Source of the DNA: a virus
Lineage: Duplodnaviria; Caudoviricetes
Length of the DNA stretch: 32,097 nt
IMG/VR virus record: IMGVR_UViG_3300017777_007518
Coordinates: 1-32,097 of that record
Strand: one strand, 5' to 3'
In this document: piece by piece, positions 18,406 through 27,198 of the stretch
Numbering within the stretch: position 1 is the stretch's first letter
Layout: each line of letters starts with the position of its first letter
Program-made: the position numbers and the translations under genes
Notes under the pieces: model-generated
Seen by the model: only the letters and a program-made list of their open reading frames with translations
Told to the model about the DNA's origin: nothing
Database searches by the model: none

Positions 18406-20076
18406 ATGAAATGTTTAGAATGCAATGAAGCATTTGAGCTTGGAAAACAGCTGTCTAACCATATCAAAAAATTGCATAAGCTTAGCAGCGAAGACTACAC
18501 AATAAAGTATTTGTACGAAAACAAAAGACCAACCTGTTTAGAATGCAACGCGAACACAAGATATGTAGCCTTTAGCTTCAAAGACTATTGTCAATTATGC
18601 TCAAAAATCGCGATGAAAGCGGGCGGGACAAAAGGCGGCGCGTCACAGGCATGGAACAAAGGAAAAACTAAAAAAGATGATAGCAGAATCGCGCTGCAGT
18701 CATTAAAAAGTTCAGGCAAAAATAATCCGTTTTTTGGAAAACGTCATACGCTAGAATCATTAAAGATGATAAGCTCAAAAAAGCGAATCAGCAAAGACAC
18801 ATTCTACGCTAGATTAGAAAAAAGATCAGATATTTCCGTAAGTTTAAAATATTCATCATTTCTTGATAGAAATGAAAAAAATGTTGAATGTAAATGTCAA
18901 AGTTGCAAAAACGAGTTTGTCACATCTCTTTCTTATCTTGAACGAGATTACAAGTGTCCGATATGTCAAATTAGACAACCCGGATTTCTTGGAAAAATGC
19001 ATAAAATAGAAACAAAAGAAGATATTAGAAAAAAAATCTTGCTCGATGAAGACAATTTTAATAAAAGAATACAACAACGAACAACAGAATTTAGACTTCT
19101 AACTTCATACGAAGATTACTTTTCACGTCAAAACCAATATTTAAAGTTTCAATGTAGCAAGTGTAATGTAGTCAACGAGAAAACATTACAAGCGTTTGAG
19201 CGCGGCTCACTTTGCCAAAAATGTTTTCCAAACACTTCTTCACGTGCTGAGCTGGCGCTTGGCGATTACATTGAATCTCTCGGATTTGAAACAAAACGTA
19301 ATGACAGAACAGTGATCAAACCAAAAGAGTTAGATATCATTGTAGATAATAAACGCGCAGCTTTTGAATATGACGGTTTATACTGGCACAGCGACGCTGG
19401 CAAACCAAAACAATATCATTATGATAAAACAAAAAATGCTGCTGATACAGGGTTTAAGTTATTCAGGATTTATTCAGATCAGTGGGAAGAAAAAAATGAT
19501 CTAATAAAAGCAATGATAAGATGCAGACTTGGAATCATTTTAAAAAAGATTCATGCAAGAAAATGTTCTGTAGAAGTGATTGACCAGACTATCAGCAAAG
19601 ACTTTTTTAACAAAAATCATCTTTACGGTCATTCTCCATCAAAGATTTCATTTGGTCTTATTTATAATGAAGAAATAGTTTCTGTAGTTTCAATGCGTGT
19701 CCCACGTCAAAAAAAGCACAGGCAGTCACTATCTATTGAAATATGTAGATTCGCGTCGCTACAAGACTCAATGATAATGGGTGGATTCTCAAAAATCTTT
19801 AAAAGAATAAAAGTGTGGGCGGCAAACGAAGGATTCATGCAAGTTCTTACTTACGCAGACCTTGATACAGGCACCGGCAACGTTTATGAACAAGCAGGAT
19901 TCAAGTTTATTGGAGAGACAGGTCCATCATATTGGTATTCTGACGGTCAAAAAAGATTTGATCGATTTAAGTTTCGCGCGTCTGGTGACAAAACAGAGCG
20001 CCAGATTGCTAATGACGCTGGCGTTGTAAGAATTTACGGTGCAGGAAGCAAAATTTTTAAATATCCTTTATCGTAA
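18406..20076 (+). CDS. Free-standing homing-type endonuclease (Zn fingers + NUMOD3-like repeats + PD-(D/E)xK/Vsr-like Hef-type nuclease)
   Basis: C2H2 motif CLEC..HIKKLH and several CxxC pairs; GKNNPFFGKRHT and FLGKMHKIETKE repeats; ELDII...AFEYDGLYWHS nuclease motif; then a KIHARKC...EICRFA...YAD...GNVY.QAGF domain. Visibly AT-rich. Start moved to 18406 (or 18388) because 18292 overlaps the terminator. Confidence 0.8.
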   Translation: MKCLECNEAFELGKQLSNHIKKLHKLSSEDYTIKYLYENKRPTCLECNANTRYVAFSFKDYCQLCSKIAMKAGGTKGGASQAWNKGKTKKDDSRIALQSLKSSGKNNPFFGKRHTLESLKMISSKKRISKDTFYARLEKRSDISVSLKYSSFLDRNEKNVECKCQSCKNEFVTSLSYLERDYKCPICQIRQPGFLGKMHKIETKEDIRKKILLDEDNFNKRIQQRTTEFRLLTSYEDYFSRQNQYLKFQCSKCNVVNEKTLQAFERGSLCQKCFPNTSSRAELALGDYIESLGFETKRNDRTVIKPKELDIIVDNKRAAFEYDGLYWHSDAGKPKQYHYDKTKNAADTGFKLFRIYSDQWEEKNDLIKAMIRCRLGIILKKIHARKCSVEVIDQTISKDFFNKNHLYGHSPSKISFGLIYNEEIVSVVSMRVPRQKKHRQSLSIEICRFASLQDSMIMGGFSKIFKRIKVWAANEGFMQVLTYADLDTGTGNVYEQAGFKFIGETGPSYWYSDGQKRFDRFKFRASGDKTERQIANDAGVVRIYGAGSKIFKYPLS

Positions 20077-20167
20077 CTATATTTGAGCATATCTATTCTT
20101 AAGCTTGTCTAATAACAAACCTGCCACCGACAGGAGACAAGCGTTATTCGTAAATATAGGATTTAAT

Positions 20168-20680
20168 ATGCCATCAACAATTATCAACGACTCAAGCGGC
20201 GTAGTGGTTCAAACTGGTACAGGCTGTTCAATTGGCAGCACAGTAACATTAACAGCTGCTTTAAACGCTGACACAACTCTTGGCGTTCTTAACAACGCAT
20301 TTTTCGCCGGATTTATTCCAGCTGTCACAAACGTCGCCACCCCAGTTGTTCTTCTCTCCACACCTGGTCCAGCGATCCCAGTCACTAACTATATAAGTTA
20401 TTTATCCGCTACAAGCATTGTATCAGGTTCACTAGCTGCTGGTACTGCAGCAGGTCAACTTAAAAAGATTGTATGTACTACAGCCGCGTCAACACCGAAG
20501 GGCGCAATAGTTCTTACAAATTCAGGGTCAGCGGGCAATGCAAAGATTGTGTTTTCTGCAGTTGGGGACACTGCCGAACTTATGTGGACTGGGACTGCAT
20601 GGATTCCAGTCGCGCTTTATAACCAGGCAACAGGTTCTCCTACCACACCAGTAGTTGGCGCTATCGCAGCACAAATCTAG
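20168..20680 (+). CDS. Small beta-rich virion protein (possible capsid decoration or fibre-type protein)
   Basis: TAGGA ribosome-binding site then ATG at 20168. Thr/Ala/Gly/Val-rich, with SLAAGT..GQLKKI...F...GDTAELMWTGTAW. Has its own promoter motif and terminator. Confidence 0.65.
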   Translation: MPSTIINDSSGVVVQTGTGCSIGSTVTLTAALNADTTLGVLNNAFFAGFIPAVTNVATPVVLLSTPGPAIPVTNYISYLSATSIVSGSLAAGTAAGQLKKIVCTTAASTPKGAIVLTNSGSAGNAKIVFSAVGDTAELMWTGTAWIPVALYNQATGSPTTPVVGAIAAQI

Positions 20681-20712
20681 TCTTCAAGATCGTTTTAAGA
20701 CTAAATTAACGC

Positions 20713-20739
20713 AAAGGGGCAGTCTTAGACTGCCCTTTT
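20713..20739 (+). terminator. Rho-independent terminator
   Basis: AAAG-GGGCAGTC-TTA-GACTGCCC-TTTT hairpin. Confidence 0.85.
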
Positions 20740-20803
20740 CGCGTTGTAATATGTATGAATCACTTATACGCGCATATTTGCTTGTTAATCGTGCGTTGTC
20801 TAA

Positions 20804-20810
20804 ATACTTA
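20804..20810 (+). promoter_or_regulatory. Putative late promoter ATACTTA, 5 nt before the ATG (possibly leaderless mRNA)
   Basis: Recurrent motif; no Shine-Dalgarno between the motif and the ATG at 20816. Confidence 0.5.
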
Positions 20811-20815
20811 TCAAC

Positions 20816-22219
20816 ATGCTTAGTATTTCATTATTCATTTTTGGTCCCAAGGCTTCACTTGATGAAGGTGGAAACACTCGTGCTCTTGTTCGTGACCCAG
20901 AGACAGGACGCCCTGTTGGATCAGGAGTCGTAAAAAAATTTAGAGGTCGTGAAGGTTACGCAGAAGACATCAACTTCGGGACAGGAAGAATTAACAGAAG
21001 CAATTTTATAAATGATGTTGTTGAGATGCTTAAAGTTATCGACGAAGAGTTTGCAAAAGATACAGGTCATGATCTTTGGGATCGTGAAACACGCGATGAT
21101 ATTTTGAAGTCTGGCTCTGCATTTAGCGGATCATCAAAACACCTGTTTTCACCTGGAAAGATTTCGGATGAAGAATACACATCATATAAACCAACAACTG
21201 GTGATATAGATTTAATGGTTCCAGAAGACGAGATGATCCAGCTCTACAAAACTTTAAATCGTCTTGAAAGCTCTCGTCCGAATCTTACACGCAAAATATC
21301 TTACATCGGACATAACAAGCTTGGCGCTGGCACAGACCAAATAAATGCGCTTTTCGCTTATACTTGGGACGATTCGCTACCAGAAGGAGAAGGCGACGTT
21401 TTCTTTCAAATCGATTTTGAAGGTTCAGAGTTTAGCGGCGGTCGGCCAACAGATTGGGCTGCGTTTTCTCACTCATCAGACTGGGAAGACGTTAAAGCAG
21501 GAATAAAAGGCGTTGCCCACAAGCTAACATTATTTTCGCTCGCAGCAGCAACGTCACCTTCACCGACTAATGCAAGACTCTCAACGCCAACTGGAACTGC
21601 AGAAAAACCAAAGATTTCATATACTAAAGATCGCAAAACTGGAGAGAAAATACCTGCTCCGCTAAAATCAATGAGGTCATTTGATGTTGTTTCTGGTCTC
21701 GGAAGCAGATATCAAAAACTTGATTGGACACATGACGGCAACGAGGTTTATAAATATCTGACGCGTCCTGAAAGAATAACATCAACTCGCGACATAAAGC
21801 AAATCTTTGAAGGTCTATTTGGAAGTGATCCGTCACCATCTAGTGAAGACATCAAAAAGTTAGGATCTTTTATTGGCTTGCTACAATTGATGAATGAGCG
21901 CCTGTCTCCACAGGTCACAGTAAAAATTTTTGAAGGTGTGGTGATTCAATTATTTGGTCGTGGCGCGTCCGCCCTTTCTGCGACAGACATCAATAAAGAC
22001 ATTATCCCGAAAAACGCAATAGTCAATAAATTTAAAGAGCTTGTACCAGATGTTTTGTCTTCTACGATTAACATCGATAAAATGAAAGAGCAGTTCTATA
22101 GCACTTACAAAGTGCGAGGGCAGTCAGGTTACGTAGAAGATACTGGCTCAATAGCTTCAGTTGATGAGTCACGTTATCACTCCAGCAAGCGTCTTTTTGA
22201 AATTGTTAAAGGACAATAA
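20816..22219 (+). CDS. Putative Pol-beta-superfamily nucleotidyltransferase
   Basis: hG[S] motif FSGSS (about 21128), GDID (21200-21211) and a third acidic residue in FQIDFE; N-terminal LDE|GGN. Confidence 0.65.
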   Translation: MLSISLFIFGPKASLDEGGNTRALVRDPETGRPVGSGVVKKFRGREGYAEDINFGTGRINRSNFINDVVEMLKVIDEEFAKDTGHDLWDRETRDDILKSGSAFSGSSKHLFSPGKISDEEYTSYKPTTGDIDLMVPEDEMIQLYKTLNRLESSRPNLTRKISYIGHNKLGAGTDQINALFAYTWDDSLPEGEGDVFFQIDFEGSEFSGGRPTDWAAFSHSSDWEDVKAGIKGVAHKLTLFSLAAATSPSPTNARLSTPTGTAEKPKISYTKDRKTGEKIPAPLKSMRSFDVVSGLGSRYQKLDWTHDGNEVYKYLTRPERITSTRDIKQIFEGLFGSDPSPSSEDIKKLGSFIGLLQLMNERLSPQVTVKIFEGVVIQLFGRGASALSATDINKDIIPKNAIVNKFKELVPDVLSSTINIDKMKEQFYSTYKVRGQSGYVEDTGSIASVDESRYHSSKRLFEIVKGQ

Positions 22220-22222
22220 ACA

Positions 22223-24004
22223 ATGGCAACAGACATCTCAATTGAAGATCTTCGAAAAGCGATGGTTCGTCCTGACGCGTCACCGCGTGCAAGGGCGAAT
22301 GATCGACTAAAGGCGCAAGCATTTATTGACGATCAAAATATTAAGATTGTTGAAAAGATTGACGGAACAAAGCTAACTCTTCTTCGTCGTAATAATGCAT
22401 TTGACCCTGACGATTACACAAAAAACTGGTATGTCGCTTACAAAGGCAACATCATTTACCCTGGCGAGATACGAAATCTTGGAGATCGTGAGGAAGAGAT
22501 AAGAGCAAGTTCGTCCGGAACAGCCCAGTATTCGCTTGTTCACGCCCAGCTGGCAAAAGCACATAAAAATACAGCTGCTATTCCCCAAGGAACAGAATTT
22601 TTTCTTGAGTTTGTTCAACGCAAACCAACGATTAGCAGAGATTATCCACAGAAACATGGTATCTTCTTAACACTTTTTGGATCAACTCGTTATAAAGCGC
22701 TAAGATCTAACCTTGTTTCTAACATTACAATAGAAAATGATGAAGCAAAGCTTCGCGATTACGCGAATCTGTTAGGAATGCAAACGTTTCCAGTTTTATT
22801 TGATGGAAATTTGTCTACATTAATGAATCTTCTAGCTGGCATTCGCAGCAAATCAATTGAACGCCGTTATGCTTCTAAAATCGACAAGCTTCGCGAAGCG
22901 TATGATGACAAAACAATAGACAGACCATTAAAAATCATTGATATAGTATATGATATTTTTTCTGATTTTGACACTGCACTTTCTGCAGAGCACGAGCGCT
23001 CGCCAGCAGAAGGTTCTGTTTTTAAAACATCTGCTACACAGGCGCTTTATAAAACGTTACGCTTTGATCAGCACGATGACACGCACAGACACGCTATAAA
23101 GCAAAAGTTTAAAGCAGAAACACCAGAAGCAGAGCAAGCATATTGGAGTGGTATCTACGAAATCTCAAAAGAGATTTCAGCTGTTATTGCGCCAAGTCAA
23201 AAACGAAATATTCCAGAAGGGGATCTTAACGCTTCACTTGAAAATGCACATAACTTATGCTATTTTGATGCTAAAATTGCAAATCGTCTTAAACTTTTAA
23301 ATCATCCAAAATTATTGATTCAACGACAAGAAGATTTATTTCTAACTACCAAAAATCTGGTGATGCAACGCCTTGAGACTGGCACGAAAAACGGGATTAG
23401 CATTGGCATTTTTGTTGTTGCAGGAAAACCTGTGCATGCAGGTCATTGGGAAATGATTAGACTTGCATCAAAAGAATGTGATGAGGCATTAATTATCACC
23501 TCAACTGCTGGCAGAGACGAGCTACCCGCAGGTGTAATGGTAGATGCGTGGTCAGCAATACTAGAGCAGCAATTTTATAAAGATTTTCCAAACGCTACAC
23601 TGATCATTTCAGGTGAATCGCCTCTAAATGTGGCAATAAACAAGATTAGAAGCTTAAAAGACGTCGTAAGCAAATTTATGTTTTATTCAGATGATGAAGA
23701 TGCAAAAGGCAAATATTCTCTAAGCAGACTTTCTGGATTGCTCAAGGATCCGACTGCATTAGAGAAAATAGAGCAACGCGCAGTCTCTCGCTCAGAGACA
23801 ATACAGATTTCAGGCACGCAAATGAGAGAATATCTCACTGCAGACGACAAAAAATCTTTTGAAATGTTTGTTCCACAGACTCTTAATAAAGCAATGAAAG
23901 ACAAGTATTGGAGAATATTAAAGGGTGAGCAGGAGAATATTCAAGACAGCAAAAACAGAAAATCAGTTCTGTCATATCTTTGGGAGAACTTACATAGAAA
24001 ATAG
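22223..24004 (+). CDS. Fusion of an RNA/DNA-ligase-fold covalent nucleotidyltransferase and an HxGH (cytidylyl/adenylyltransferase-like) domain
   Basis: Ligase motifs: I EKIDG (Lys45, nt 22355), III FFLEF, IV EGSVFK and V YK. C-terminal GKPVHAGH (23435) and ISGTQMRE Rossmann-like nucleotidyltransferase motifs. Confidence 0.75.
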   Translation: MATDISIEDLRKAMVRPDASPRARANDRLKAQAFIDDQNIKIVEKIDGTKLTLLRRNNAFDPDDYTKNWYVAYKGNIIYPGEIRNLGDREEEIRASSSGTAQYSLVHAQLAKAHKNTAAIPQGTEFFLEFVQRKPTISRDYPQKHGIFLTLFGSTRYKALRSNLVSNITIENDEAKLRDYANLLGMQTFPVLFDGNLSTLMNLLAGIRSKSIERRYASKIDKLREAYDDKTIDRPLKIIDIVYDIFSDFDTALSAEHERSPAEGSVFKTSATQALYKTLRFDQHDDTHRHAIKQKFKAETPEAEQAYWSGIYEISKEISAVIAPSQKRNIPEGDLNASLENAHNLCYFDAKIANRLKLLNHPKLLIQRQEDLFLTTKNLVMQRLETGTKNGISIGIFVVAGKPVHAGHWEMIRLASKECDEALIITSTAGRDELPAGVMVDAWSAILEQQFYKDFPNATLIISGESPLNVAINKIRSLKDVVSKFMFYSDDEDAKGKYSLSRLSGLLKDPTALEKIEQRAVSRSETIQISGTQMREYLTADDKKSFEMFVPQTLNKAMKDKYWRILKGEQENIQDSKNRKSVLSYLWENLHRK

Positions 24005-24038
24005 TTATCATCGTCCTATTTACACTTGGAGATGAAAG

Positions 24039-25214
24039 ATGTCATCTACTTTCGTTAGCACACTTAACCCAACACCATTTGGGTTCTTCGACGCAGATTC
24101 TCTGTTTCAGACAGAGGCAGACGCAATGGTTGTTTTTGTCAAGCGTCGTCTTGGCGATGATATTCTCTCTGTTGAGCTTACAAAAAAGCAAATTTGGTCA
24201 TGTTTTGAGGAATCATTTCTTGAGTATGGTTCAATTATCAACCAATATCAAGCAAAAAGTCAATTGTTATCGCTTCTTGGAATGCAAACAGGAAGTCTTG
24301 ACGAGTCAACACAAAAATTCCCACGTGACACGCTAAACTATATTATAAGACTTGCAGAACCGTATGCTGTTGAGGCAGGTCTTGGCGGAACATATAATGC
24401 TGCTTCTGGTTCGATTCAACTTAGACAAAATGTACAAGATTATGATCTTTACACTGAGCTTTTGGACCCAAGCACAGGAATACCAGTTGTAAGCTCATCT
24501 TTAAATCCAGAAAAGAGAAAGATGCGCATCTTTGAGATTATGCATTTTAACCCAATGGCCGCATACCGCTTTTTTGATACTACATCTGCAATTAACTACC
24601 TGAACAATGAATTTTCATTCGAATCGTTTACACCAGAAACAGTATTTTATGTTTTACCAGTTTTCGAAGATATTCTTCGTGGTGGTCAAATGAACATTTC
24701 GAACCGTGTTCGTCGCTCAAATTACAGTTATCGAGTGACTGGCACAAAACTAAGAATATTTCCATCACCAACAGCAGATAATCCTCTAAAGCTTTGGGTT
24801 CGGGTTGGTTTTGAGTCAGACCCAATGAAACCAGCAATACCAGACGCCTCGATAAGCGGAGTTTCTAATCTGTCGAATGTTCCTTTTGGAAATTTTGTCT
24901 ATTCAAAAGTAAACTCAATGGCAAGACAATGGGCAAGACAATATACACTCGCACTCTGCAAAGAGCTGCTTGGCATGATCAGGTCAAAATTTAGCTCGAT
25001 ACCTATTCCAGGTGGTGATCTTACATTAGACGGTGCAGATTTAAAAAGCACAGCAAAGGAAGAAAAAGAAAAGCTTAGAACTGATTTAAAAGAGATGCTG
25101 GACTCAATGACTTACAACAAGCTCATTGAGGTAAAGGCTGCAGAAGTTGATAATCTTCAAAAAATCTTGAAGGCAGTCCCGATCCCTATGGGTCGAGTTA
25201 TCACAATAGGATAA
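24039..25214 (+). CDS. Neck/head-completion protein (gp13-like)
   Basis: VELTKKQI near the N-terminus and WARQYTLALCKELLGMIRSKF..IPIPGGDLTLDG near the C-terminus. GGAG site, with ATAGTTA (24001) and CTATTTA (24016) upstream. Confidence 0.8.
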   Translation: MSSTFVSTLNPTPFGFFDADSLFQTEADAMVVFVKRRLGDDILSVELTKKQIWSCFEESFLEYGSIINQYQAKSQLLSLLGMQTGSLDESTQKFPRDTLNYIIRLAEPYAVEAGLGGTYNAASGSIQLRQNVQDYDLYTELLDPSTGIPVVSSSLNPEKRKMRIFEIMHFNPMAAYRFFDTTSAINYLNNEFSFESFTPETVFYVLPVFEDILRGGQMNISNRVRRSNYSYRVTGTKLRIFPSPTADNPLKLWVRVGFESDPMKPAIPDASISGVSNLSNVPFGNFVYSKVNSMARQWARQYTLALCKELLGMIRSKFSSIPIPGGDLTLDGADLKSTAKEEKEKLRTDLKEMLDSMTYNKLIEVKAAEVDNLQKILKAVPIPMGRVITIG

Positions 25215-25220
25215 ACAAGA

Positions 25221-25874
25221 ATGGCACGTCTTTTCATCACACCGAGAGAGCTTGATCTCATTAGCGATCTAACAAAAGAGGTCATAAAAGACGTCATTGG
25301 TCAAGTAATATTCTATTATTCGGTTAGAACTGACGTAACCTTTGTTCATGACGTTTACGAAGAGTCAACAGAAAAGATTTTTGATCCGCCTATTGAGGTT
25401 GACGCGCTTGTTGAGTGGTCACCTGGTGAAATTAAGACAAACAAGTTCGGTAGCGAAAAGTTTCACTCTATTGAAGCGCGCGTTCATTCTCGTGATTTAA
25501 CAGATAAAGATCTTCGTATGAAGATAGGAGATTTTATTTCATACGGGTCTGTTTTTTTTGAGTTAACTCAAGTCATCACCATCAGCAAAATATTTGGTCA
25601 AGTAGAGCATGTCACTGGCTACAAGCTTATTGGAAAGCAGGCAAGAGAAGGGCTCATCGACAAGCTGGCGCAAGGGCCTACAAACCAAACACTCGAAACA
25701 GAGAGCGTTTCACAAGAAATATTCGTTCAACAACGCGGCACAGCAACAAACGAGCTTGGACCAACAGCTGATCGCAGAGAGCTTCAGGCAGACAGCAAAC
25801 TAGATGCACCGCTAACCGGACCAAAGAAAGTTGCGCCTGACGGAACCAACTCATCATTTTACGGTGATGAATGA
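25221..25874 (+). CDS. Neck/head-closure protein (gp14-like)
   Basis: Follows the gp13-like gene; YYSV...DVYEES.EK.F.PP and KIGDF..YG..FFE pattern. Confidence 0.6.
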   Translation: MARLFITPRELDLISDLTKEVIKDVIGQVIFYYSVRTDVTFVHDVYEESTEKIFDPPIEVDALVEWSPGEIKTNKFGSEKFHSIEARVHSRDLTDKDLRMKIGDFISYGSVFFELTQVITISKIFGQVEHVTGYKLIGKQAREGLIDKLAQGPTNQTLETESVSQEIFVQQRGTATNELGPTADRRELQADSKLDAPLTGPKKVAPDGTNSSFYGDE

Positions 25875-27133
25875 GTACGAGATTTAACGTTGGCAAAAGA
25901 TATGGTCGTGAGTCTTTAACTCTTGGATATGAAGGATCTGCAGCTCCAGCTGATATTGTTGTACCATCTTGCGGGCTTGAGGACGTTGATCGCGCTTTTT
26001 TTAACCTTTTTGATAAAGATATTCCACTTATTTATAGGCTCAAAGACGGCAGCACAAAAAAAGTCCCTGTCATCTTCGCAACAGGTGAGCGCTTCGCAAT
26101 AACAAGAAGAAAAGAGCCGCTTAGAGATAAAAACGGCGCGCTTATTGTTCCGCTCATCACAATATCACGAAGTGGAATAGAGCAACAGGCACAAAAATCA
26201 ATTGAGATGGGTGACATTGGCACAATCGATATTCGTCGCAGACTTTCAAAAGAAGATCCGCTTTACCAGCGAATAATCAATTCAGCTGGATTTGAATCAG
26301 TCGGAATTCCAGGCTCAGGCTCACGTAGAACATCACAAGATAAGCCTGGTCGAACTATTCATGGCAGATTGCTTGAACCAAACCTGTCAAACGGGATTTA
26401 TGAGACAATCTCTATACCAGTTCCAAAATTTTTTACTGCAACGTATGAAGTGACCATCTGGACGCAATTTATGCAGCACAGCAACGAGCTTTTGACGACA
26501 ATCATGAGCGGATACCACAACATTCGGGCTAGATCATATAGAATCGAAACATCCGCTGGCTATTGGTTCAACGCAACCTTTGAACCAAGCATCAACTCAG
26601 AAAATACTTTCGATAATATGAGTGATGACGAAAGAACAATCAAACACACAATAACCGCCGCAGTTTCTGCGTATATTGTGCTGCCATCCTCACCTGGTAT
26701 TCCAAATGGGCTAAGGAGAACAGTCTCTGCAACTCAGTTTTCATTTGGAATTGTTGAAGGCGTCAGCAAAGAGAAACTTGCTGGAAATATTGACGATATG
26801 CGAATAGATTCAAGACTTTTGGACAATGTTTCAACAGTCGACGATCCAATAATTGTTGGAGCAATTGGTTCAGTCTCAGAAAGACAAGCTGAAACTGCAG
26901 CAGGCGGGATTCAAGGACGATCGGGCATATTGGACAAGCTAACAACCGCAGTAGGCGGTACAGAATCATCATCCACGTTGACATCTAGCACCACCAGAAC
27001 GCTTTCTGTTGACCCAATGACTGGTCGACCAATGGATGTTATGGTTAAGGTCAGAAGCATCTCACAGGTTCATGGAGAAGAGGTATTGACCACTATAACA
27101 AAAACGTTGAAATCTGATAAAGACATAAAATGA
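25871..27133 (+). CDS. Tail completion/sheath terminator protein (gp15-like)
   Basis: VPVIFATGERF...RDKNG.LI.PLI.I.R and P.P.F....YEVTIWT motifs; lies between the neck and sheath genes; ATGA overlap with the upstream gene. Confidence 0.65.
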   Translation: MSTRFNVGKRYGRESLTLGYEGSAAPADIVVPSCGLEDVDRAFFNLFDKDIPLIYRLKDGSTKKVPVIFATGERFAITRRKEPLRDKNGALIVPLITISRSGIEQQAQKSIEMGDIGTIDIRRRLSKEDPLYQRIINSAGFESVGIPGSGSRRTSQDKPGRTIHGRLLEPNLSNGIYETISIPVPKFFTATYEVTIWTQFMQHSNELLTTIMSGYHNIRARSYRIETSAGYWFNATFEPSINSENTFDNMSDDERTIKHTITAAVSAYIVLPSSPGIPNGLRRTVSATQFSFGIVEGVSKEKLAGNIDDMRIDSRLLDNVSTVDDPIIVGAIGSVSERQAETAAGGIQGRSGILDKLTTAVGGTESSSTLTSSTTRTLSVDPMTGRPMDVMVKVRSISQVHGEEVLTTITKTLKSDKDIK

Positions 27134-27157
27134 TTCGTCAGTTTTGATTCTTACGTG

Positions 27158-27190
27158 ATACTTACATTTGATTAGCCTAATCTATAGGAG
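27158..27190 (+). promoter_or_regulatory. Putative late promoter ATACTTA and AGGAG ribosome-binding site (sheath 1)
   Basis: Recurrent motif at 27158-27164; AGGAG at 27186-27190. Confidence 0.55.
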
Positions 27191-27198
27191 CAAAACTG

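Noticed and set aside
18262-20100. Endonuclease as part of a group I intron in the capsid gene
   Set aside because: The capsid gene is complete, with its normal C-terminus, stop codon and terminator before the endonuclease.
20105-20167. TTG start at 20105
   Set aside because: It lies inside the leader stem with no SD. The ATG at 20168 has TAGGA upstream.
27170-27182. Small GATTA-GCC-TAATC hairpin before the sheath SD
   Set aside because: A 5-bp AT-rich stem is too weak to distinguish from chance.
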